Positions 46,965-55,543 of a stretch of 57,278 bases of DNA are shown here, one piece after another; the first letter of the stretch is position 1, and the number at the start of each line of letters is the position of its first letter. The DNA lies in assembly GCA_963604075.1 (NCBI GenBank), contig CAVCPW010000259.1, forward strand, positions 1 through 57,278. Reading direction: 5' to 3'. The notes beneath the pieces were generated by a model. The model did no database searches and was not told the origin of the DNA. It worked only from the letters and a program-made list of their open reading frames with translations. The position numbers were made by a program, and so were the translations under genes. This DNA comes from Anaerovoracaceae bacterium. GTDB taxonomy: Bacteria; Bacillota; Clostridia; Lachnospirales; Lachnospiraceae.

Positions 46965-47049
46965 ATGAAGTCTCCACGCCCATGCGGTGCATCGCTCCTA
47001 TGGACGTGGTACTCTGCCAGATTTGATAGAGAAACGAAAGGATTTATTT

Positions 47050-47514
47050 ATGAATAACAATAGTGCATATGAGCTGCTTGCACAGCAGCTTCAGGCTTTA
47101 ATCGAAGGGGAAACGGATCTGATTGCAAATCTGTCTAATGCATCCGCGGCAATAAACGAAGCACTAGGCGACATTAACTGGGCCGGATTTTATCTGGTGA
47201 AGGATGGAATGCTTGTATTAGGACCATTTCAGGGAAAGCCGGCTTGCATCCGCATTCCATTTGGAAAAGGTGTATGTGGAACGGCAGCGCAGAAGGATCA
47301 GACGCAGCTCGTAAAGGATGTGCATGAATTTCCAGGGCATATTGCGTGTGATAGTGCATCACGCTCGGAGATTGTTATTCCTATGCATGACAAAGATGGC
47401 ACTGTGGCAGCAGTGCTAGATATTGACAGTCCGTATCTGGCACGTTTTGATGAAACGGATCAGACAGGATTGGAGCATTGTGTGAAAATTCTTGAAAAGT
47501 ACTTAGTGATATAA
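47050..47514 (+). CDS. msrC: GAF-domain free methionine-(R)-sulfoxide reductase
   Basis: NWAGFY, LGPFQGKPAC, GKGVCG, FPGHIACD, SEIVIP, VLDIDS. Confidence 0.92.
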   Translation: MNNNSAYELLAQQLQALIEGETDLIANLSNASAAINEALGDINWAGFYLVKDGMLVLGPFQGKPACIRIPFGKGVCGTAAQKDQTQLVKDVHEFPGHIACDSASRSEIVIPMHDKDGTVAAVLDIDSPYLARFDETDQTGLEHCVKILEKYLVI

Positions 47515-47546
47515 GAAGGAAAATAAACTAAAATACAAAATAAAAG

Positions 47547-47582
47547 AGTCAAGCGGATATTCGCAATCCGCTTCGCTACTTA
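47547..47582 (-). repeat. dispersed GTAG-type intergenic repeat, copy 4 (palindromic variant)
   Basis: AGTCAAGCGGATATTCGCAATCCGCTTCGCTACTT, core identical to copy 3. Confidence 0.88.
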
Positions 47583-47724
47583 CTTGATTTGGTTAAAATG
47601 ATTGCCCTTTGATACTCCTTTTGGTACACTGGTATTGTACATAGAAAGGCGATTGGTGTTGTTGTAATAATTGCATTAATTGCTATTCTGTGACAATCCA
47701 GCATATCAAAGGAGTATTTTTATT

Positions 47725-49614
47725 ATGAGATGCCTTCTAGTGGCAATTAATTCAAAATATATTCATTCCAATCCGGCAGTTTATCTGCTTCGTGAGTGCG
47801 CGATGCGTGATTTACAGCAAAAGCAAATAGACGATGTAGAGGTGGAGTTAGCGGAGTACACGATTAATCATCATGCCTCTGAAATTTTTGATGATATTTA
47901 TCTTCACCATGCCGATCTTGTTTGTTTTTCCTGTTATATCTGGAACATCGAATACGTCAGACAGCTGGTACGAAATTTGAAAAATCTCTGTCCAAACGTC
48001 AAAATCTGGGTTGGTGGACCGGAAGTTTCGTATGATTGTGATGCTTTTTTGCGGTCGCTTCCACAAGTGGATGGAATTTTGTACGGAGAGGGAGAGCGAA
48101 GTTTTCCAGCGCTATTGGAATATTATGCAGCGCGGGAAAGCGCAGCAAAGTGTAAAAATGATTCAAGGAGCGAGTGCGGTGCAAAAAGCGAATGCAATGC
48201 AAGGAGCGAGTGCGGTGCAAAAAGCGAATGCAATGCAAAGAGTGAGTGTGATGTAAAAAGTGAAAAGCGAGACAGGCAAGCTGCATCGGATCAGGCAAAG
48301 AAAGTAAATCCATCATCCGAAATGTTTCCAGACGGTGCAGCCTGGCTGGATGAAAATGGTGTCTTCCATCAGACAAGTCCGCAGCCACTCACACCGATGG
48401 ATGAGCTGCCTTTTATCTATGAAAAGGCAGGCCGGATGGAGGGCTTTCAGAATAGAATTATCTATTATGAGACGAGCAGAGGATGCCCATTTTCATGCAG
48501 CTATTGCTTGTCGTCGATTGATAAAAAGCTTCGTTTTCGCCCGCTTGACACAGTGAAGAAGGAGCTTGCTTTCTTTTTAAAGCAGCGTGTGCCACAGGTT
48601 AAATTTGTGGACCGTACTTTTAATTGCAAAAAATCTCACGCAATGGCAATCTGGCAGTTTATTCGCGATCACGACAATGGCATGACAAATTTTCATTTTG
48701 AGATTGCAGCAGATATTCTTGACGAGGAAGAAATTGCCCTTTTGCGCACGATGCGCCCGGGGCTTGTACAGCTGGAAATTGGTGTACAGACTGCAAATCC
48801 TGACACCATTCATGCAATCAACCGTAAGATGGATCTGGCGCGTGTGGCACAAGTGACAGAGACAATCCGTCAGGCACACAACATCCATCAGCATCTTGAT
48901 CTGATTGCGGGGCTGCCACTAGAAAATTATGAGAGTTTCGGTCATTCCTTTGATGTGGTATATCAGATGAAACCAAGTCAATTGCAATTGGGATTCTTGA
49001 AGGTATTAAAGGGTTCTCCGATGCAGGAGCAGGCAAAACTTTATGGAATTTTGTCACAGGCAGAGCCACCCTATGAAGTATTAAAAACACCGTGGTTGTC
49101 GTACGATGACATTATCAGATTGAAGGGGTTAGAGGAAATGGTCGAGACCTACTATAACAGTGGCCAGTTTCTTCATACGGTTGAAATTTTGATTGGCCAG
49201 TTTGATCGTCCATTTACTTTTTTTGAAGCACTTTCCGATGAATATCGTATACGCAAAATGCACGAGAAAAAACACAGCAGAGAGGCACAGTACCAGTTTA
49301 TTCGTGACTTTGCCGCAGCATGCACCACACTCGATGACACACTGGTACGGCAGGTATTGACACTTGACTATTATCTGCGTGATTATGCAAGAAAGCGTCC
49401 GTCGTTCGCTCTGGAGCAGGATTCTTGTAAGGAAGAGATTCGAGAGGTCTGCCTAAAGGCATTTCCAGACAGCTCCTATAAGGATGTCATTCGTGATTAT
49501 CATATTGAAGTTTTTGAACCGCCATTTACAGATACAAAGCAGTTTGTTTTGTTTGATTATCAGCATCGTGATCCGCTCGACCAGAATGCAGCGATTCGCG
49601 TGTTGCCACATTAG
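47725..49614 (+). CDS. B12-binding-domain radical SAM protein
   Basis: FSCYIWN, GGPEVS, GEGE B12-binding region; SRGCPFSCSYC CxxxCxxC; ATG 47725 after AAGGAG. Confidence 0.92.
   Translation: MRCLLVAINSKYIHSNPAVYLLRECAMRDLQQKQIDDVEVELAEYTINHHASEIFDDIYLHHADLVCFSCYIWNIEYVRQLVRNLKNLCPNVKIWVGGPEVSYDCDAFLRSLPQVDGILYGEGERSFPALLEYYAARESAAKCKNDSRSECGAKSECNARSECGAKSECNAKSECDVKSEKRDRQAASDQAKKVNPSSEMFPDGAAWLDENGVFHQTSPQPLTPMDELPFIYEKAGRMEGFQNRIIYYETSRGCPFSCSYCLSSIDKKLRFRPLDTVKKELAFFLKQRVPQVKFVDRTFNCKKSHAMAIWQFIRDHDNGMTNFHFEIAADILDEEEIALLRTMRPGLVQLEIGVQTANPDTIHAINRKMDLARVAQVTETIRQAHNIHQHLDLIAGLPLENYESFGHSFDVVYQMKPSQLQLGFLKVLKGSPMQEQAKLYGILSQAEPPYEVLKTPWLSYDDIIRLKGLEEMVETYYNSGQFLHTVEILIGQFDRPFTFFEALSDEYRIRKMHEKKHSREAQYQFIRDFAAACTTLDDTLVRQVLTLDYYLRDYARKRPSFALEQDSCKEEIREVCLKAFPDSSYKDVIRDYHIEVFEPPFTDTKQFVLFDYQHRDPLDQNAAIRVLPH
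48164..48265. repeat. 18/36-bp in-frame tandem repeat encoding SECxxK units
   Basis: CAAGGAGCGAGTGCGGTGCAAAAAGCGAATGCAATG x2 exact plus a degenerate third copy. Confidence 0.88.
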
Positions 49615-49733
49615 AAGTGGCAATGTTTTTCCTTCAAAAACCTTTTCAAAAAGCAAAGAAAAACAGAGACATTTCGGGAACAATGATGTATAATCGCAGT
49701 AGGCAAACGTGTGGTGATTTCACAGATTTGATA

Positions 49734-49769
49734 GGAAAGCCCCGCTCCTTCAGGTGCGGAGTAATTGAC
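49734..49769 (+). repeat. IS200/IS605 end-like solo hairpin
   Basis: GGAAAGCCCCGCTCC-TTCA-GGTGCGGAG-TAATTGAC. Confidence 0.6.
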
Positions 49770-49953
49770 AAAAATAGAGGCTGAATAACGAAATCTGTAA
49801 ATAGGAAAACAGACACTGTCAGTATAGTGTAAAAATGGTGAAAAATGGTGATTTGACAATCCACACTGTCAGCCGCGTGAAAATTAGGTATCAGTTGGGG
49901 CAAAATACAATTTGACTCCAATATCATTTTACTATCAAGAAACAAAGACGTGA

Positions 49954-51477
<1,524 letters not shown>

Positions 51478-51599
51478 TTAAAAATATAGAAAAAATCAGA
51501 AAAAGTCAGAACCTATCAGGCTGCTGTGTAAAAGATGTGCAGCAGTCTGAAGAATCATAAAGAAAAATAAAATTTCTACGATCGAAAGGGGAATGTGTG

Positions 51600-53594
51600 A
51601 TGAATCTTTATGTAGATATTCACGCGGGCCGTGATGGAAACGGAAGCAAAAAAACACCATTTCGCCGCATCAATGAAGCAGCTAAGGCAGCAAAGCCGGG
51701 TGACACTGTACTTGTAGCGCCTGGGGTGTATCGCGAGTATGTGGATCCTGTTTTTGCAGGAGAGCCAGAGGCTCGTATTACCTATAAGAGCACAGAACCG
51801 CTTGGCGCTGTGATTACCGGAGCGGAGCGTATTACAAGCTGGAAGCATTATCAGGATAATGTGTGGGTTTGCCGTGTTCCAAACAGCACCTTTGGCAATT
51901 ACAATCCGTATACCACTTTTGTATATGGTGACTGGTATTTTGCCAAGGCAGACAAGCATACCGGATGTGTTTATTTAAATGACAGGGCATTATATGAGAC
52001 ATCATCGCTTGAGGACTGCATCAAAGGCGAAGTTTATGAGTGCAGCTGGGTACCGGAGGAGTCTGTTTATAAATGGTATACTGAACAGGACAAGGAAAGG
52101 AACGAAACTGTTATCTATGCAAATTTCCAGGGTGCAGATCCGAATGAGGAAAGTGTGGAGATCAATGTCAGACGTGAGTGTTTCATGCCATCTAAGACAG
52201 GCGTGGGATATATCACTGTCAGCGGTTTTACTGTTACAAAAGCAGCGACTACATGGGCACCACCGGCTGCTTATCAGGACGGTATGATTGGTCCTCACTG
52301 GAGTAAAGGCTGGATTATCGAGGATTGCGAGATCTCAAACAGTAAGTGCGCCGGAATTTCACTTGGTAAATATCTAGATCCTGACAATGATCATTATTTT
52401 ACATACAAATACGTAAAGAGTCCGACACAGATGGAGCGCGACGCTGTATGCCGTGGACAGTATCATGGCTGGCTCAAGGAGAAGGTAGGAAGCCATATCG
52501 TGCGCAGAAATAATATTCACCACTGCGAACAAGGCGGTATCATCGGCCGTATGGGCGGAGTGTTTAGTATCATTGAGGACAACCATATTCACCACATCAA
52601 CAACATGATGGAGCTAGGCGGTGCCGAGATCGCCGGAATCAAGATGCATGCGGCAATCGACGTTACAATGCGACGCAATCACATTCATCACTGCACGATG
52701 GGCATCTGGTGCGACTGGGAGGCACAGGGAACGCGCCTTAGCCAGAATCTGCTGCACGACAATCAGCGCCCGCCGTTTGCATCTGTTTTAAAAGGCGGTA
52801 TGATGTCGCAGGATATATTTGTTGAGGTTGGTCATGGCCCGACATTGATTGATAATAATATTTTACTCTCTGATGCGAGTCTTCGTTTTGCAACAGAGGG
52901 TGTGGCGCTTGTTCACAATTTGGTCTGTGGTGCACTGACTTGTGTTGGCGGCGGAACCGGACCGCGCTACACGCCATATCATATGTCACACCGCACCGAA
53001 GTGATGGGCTTTATGACCGTTCTTCATGGTGATGATCGCTTCTATAATAATATCTTCGTGCAGAAGTGGCCGGCAGAGGATGTCATCACGATGCATGATT
53101 CAGATGAGGGCTTCGATACTGAGAATCGCGCCGTCGGAACGTGGATGTTCGATGAGTATCCGACTTATGACGAGTGGATTTCCCAGTTTGATTTTACAAA
53201 GCCCGCCGATATGGCAAAGCTTTCTAGTGCACATGAAGGAAAACTTCCGGTGTGGATCGAAGGAAATGCTTATCTTGGCGGTGCAAGACCGTCCAAGAAG
53301 GATGTTAATGGACTGACTGCAGCACCGATGCGCGATGATGTGCGCGTGGAGCTTGTCGAGAAAGAGGATGGATATTATCTCGATACCAATGTGTATGAGC
53401 TGATCGCAGGATTCAAGAATCGCATGATCGACTCCGATGTACTCGGAAAGGCATTTGAGCCGGAGGAGCGTTTTGAAAATCCGGATGGAACGGCAATTCG
53501 TTTCGATAATGACTACTTTGGCGAGCATCGCGGTGTCGATGTGATTCCGGGACCGTTTGCGGATGGAAAAGAAGCAGCGAAAGTGCTGTGTTAA
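51600..53594 (+). CDS. right-handed beta-helix glycosidase, GH120 beta-xylosidase-like
   Basis: DGS..PF..I..AA..PGDTVLVAPGVYRE, ATTWAPP, GPHWSKGWIIE, EIAGIKMHAAID, WCDWEAQG; downstream of GH51. Confidence 0.82.
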   Translation: MNLYVDIHAGRDGNGSKKTPFRRINEAAKAAKPGDTVLVAPGVYREYVDPVFAGEPEARITYKSTEPLGAVITGAERITSWKHYQDNVWVCRVPNSTFGNYNPYTTFVYGDWYFAKADKHTGCVYLNDRALYETSSLEDCIKGEVYECSWVPEESVYKWYTEQDKERNETVIYANFQGADPNEESVEINVRRECFMPSKTGVGYITVSGFTVTKAATTWAPPAAYQDGMIGPHWSKGWIIEDCEISNSKCAGISLGKYLDPDNDHYFTYKYVKSPTQMERDAVCRGQYHGWLKEKVGSHIVRRNNIHHCEQGGIIGRMGGVFSIIEDNHIHHINNMMELGGAEIAGIKMHAAIDVTMRRNHIHHCTMGIWCDWEAQGTRLSQNLLHDNQRPPFASVLKGGMMSQDIFVEVGHGPTLIDNNILLSDASLRFATEGVALVHNLVCGALTCVGGGTGPRYTPYHMSHRTEVMGFMTVLHGDDRFYNNIFVQKWPAEDVITMHDSDEGFDTENRAVGTWMFDEYPTYDEWISQFDFTKPADMAKLSSAHEGKLPVWIEGNAYLGGARPSKKDVNGLTAAPMRDDVRVELVEKEDGYYLDTNVYELIAGFKNRMIDSDVLGKAFEPEERFENPDGTAIRFDNDYFGEHRGVDVIPGPFADGKEAAKVLC

Positions 53595-53635
53595 TTGGCA
53601 ACCCAGTAGATTAGCGGTCTGAGTAGAAATGTTGA

Positions 53636-53670
53636 AAATATCTGTCTCGTAGTGGGACAGATATTTTTTT
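53636..53670 (+). terminator. intrinsic terminator
   Basis: AAATATCTGTCTC-GTAGT-GGGACAGATATTTTTTT. Confidence 0.85.
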
Positions 53671-53696
53671 GCAAATGCAGAGAATTTTATAAAAGT

Positions 53697-53730
53697 GCAA
53701 GTAGCGAAGCGGATTGCGAATATCATTGAC
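53697..53730 (+). repeat. dispersed GTAG-type intergenic repeat, copy 5
   Basis: GCAAGTAGCGAAGCGGATTGCGAATATCATTGAC, identical to copy 1 over 34 nt. Confidence 0.9.
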
Positions 53731-53828
53731 AATTGGAGCGTAACCCCCACTACCCTTGGTGGGATGTAAGCGACTATAAAATCATATTTTACTAAGGATA
53801 TTGTTTTTTTAGGAAAAGGAGATGCAAT

Positions 53829-54308
53829 ATGGCACAAACAAACTTTAAAAAGAATAACAAAAATAATAAGCCACTAGGCAAGGGAACAGGAAAAGCTGGA
53901 AGCAAAAAGCTTTCCAAAGCACCATCATCCAAGCCAGTAAAAAAGTCGGCAGCACCGAAAATGCCGGGAGAATGGCTGTATTTAAACAAAGAGGAGCTGT
54001 CGCTTCGCAAAATCTATGAGTTGTTTGAGGAAAAGCAGACTGCTGAATATTGGGAGGCGGCTGGCGTATTGGAAATTTCATTACCAGAGAGCGGCACACT
54101 GGATATGGAAGATTTAGATTGTGAACTTGGTGATGAGGAAGGCGATGCATATCTGAAGGAAAATGAGATTCATACAGTGTCAGCTGTTACGATTCGTCCG
54201 GAGGATTATGAAAAAGCAAAAACGGTTATGCTGTGTATAACTGAGAAGCTTGGCGGATATTTCTGTGCAGATACAGCAGATTTTATGCCTGTTGTAGCAG
54301 CGAAGTAA
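53829..54308 (+). CDS. hypothetical protein (Lys-rich disordered N-terminus, acidic C-terminal domain)
   Basis: 159-aa ORF with AAGGAG RBS. Confidence 0.75.
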   Translation: MAQTNFKKNNKNNKPLGKGTGKAGSKKLSKAPSSKPVKKSAAPKMPGEWLYLNKEELSLRKIYELFEEKQTAEYWEAAGVLEISLPESGTLDMEDLDCELGDEEGDAYLKENEIHTVSAVTIRPEDYEKAKTVMLCITEKLGGYFCADTADFMPVVAAK

Positions 54309-54356
54309 AACATTAGAGAAAATCAATGAGTCCGATGCGATAGTGGTACAGTAAAG

Positions 54357-54411
54357 TTCACAAACTTTTCACAGAAAAAAGCTTGCATTTCGGAGTTTTA
54401 GGTGTTATAGT
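54357..54411 (+). promoter_or_regulatory. rplY promoter with upstream TTCACA-N5-TTCACA direct repeat
   Basis: TTGCAT-17-TATAGT (extended -10); direct repeat at 54357-54373. Confidence 0.7.
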
Positions 54412-54509
54412 ACATATCGAACAAAAGGAAATGACCAGACAGGTCAATTCCTTAACAAGACCTCTTGTCGAAGGCTGCTAAGGAATCAGATTTTTGGAGG
54501 AAAAGTCAA

Positions 54510-55112
54510 ATGAATACTTTAAAAGCTGAAAAACGAAGCATGGATATCAAAGCAAAGAAGCTTAGAAGAGAGGGATACGTTGTAGGCAACGTGTTCGGAA
54601 AGAAAATTGAAGGTTCCGTTCCGGTAAAGATTCCGGCACTGGAGTTGGACAAATTTTTAAAGAAATCACACAAGGGAAGTCAGATCATGCTGGATGTTGA
54701 GGGAACTCAGTACGATGCATTGATTAAGGACGTTTTTTACAATCCAGTAGCAGGAAGAATTGATGAGATTGATTTTCAGGCACTGGTAAGTACAGAAAAA
54801 GTTCATTCTGTTGCAGAGGTTATCTTCGAGAATCACGATATGATTGCAGAGGGTGTACTTCAGGAGAGTCTGCAGGAGATTGCATACAAGGCATTGCCGG
54901 CAGATCTGGTTGATGAAGTCAGAGTTGATGTTGGTAACATGAAGATCGGTGATGTAATCCGTGTAAAGGATCTGGCAATTTATACAGATCCGAAGATTAC
55001 GATTGCTGTAGATCCGGAAGCTGTTGTTGCATCATTGAATGCGGCACACAACGCAGCGGTACCTGAACCTGAGACAGCAGAAGCTGACGGAGAATCAAAG
55101 AAGGACGAATAA
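54510..55112 (+). CDS. rplY: 50S ribosomal protein bL25/general stress protein Ctc
   Basis: LKAEKR...KKLRREGYVVGNVFG, LIKDV...IDFQ, ALPADL, IGDVIRVKDL; ATG 54510 after GGAGG. Confidence 0.9.
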   Translation: MNTLKAEKRSMDIKAKKLRREGYVVGNVFGKKIEGSVPVKIPALELDKFLKKSHKGSQIMLDVEGTQYDALIKDVFYNPVAGRIDEIDFQALVSTEKVHSVAEVIFENHDMIAEGVLQESLQEIAYKALPADLVDEVRVDVGNMKIGDVIRVKDLAIYTDPKITIAVDPEAVVASLNAAHNAAVPEPETAEADGESKKDE

Positions 55113-55167
55113 TTCTAGGCTGATAATTGAAAATCTAATACAAAGGGTTGTGAAAAGCCCCTTGTAA

Positions 55168-55227
55168 CAAAAGAAGAACCAATGGCTTATGGGTACATAT
55201 CACTGATAGCCAAAGGTTCTTCTTTTG
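55168..55227 (+). terminator. probable terminator after rplY
   Basis: CAAAAGAAGAACC...GGTTCTTCTTTTG long hairpin. Confidence 0.65.
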
Positions 55228-55277
55228 CGTTAAAATTAGTTTGCGATGAAAAAAACTGAATTTCACAGATGTAAGAA

Positions 55278-55306
55278 TTGACAAAAAATTTGGGGGGGAG
55301 TAAAAT
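55278..55306 (+). promoter_or_regulatory. sigma-A promoter with a G7 tract in the spacer
   Basis: TTGACA-AAAAATTTGGGGGGGAG (17 bp)-TAAAAT. Confidence 0.75.
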
Positions 55307-55543
55307 GACGGTGGGTATTTGATTCGTATTTATGCGTTGCACGCCTTTACACAAGAAGAAAAGTTAAGTGACGTGTGTGGGCATGCTGTAAAAATGCACA
55401 TCCTGTATGACACCTACAATATGTATTGGGCATGAGGACACGTTTTTCGTGTCTGAATGATGCACAAAAATTGGAGGTGTTTTGAAGGCTGTAAAACGCA
55501 TGAAGATGGGACCAATTTTAATGAATGGAGGAGAAGTAGGAAA

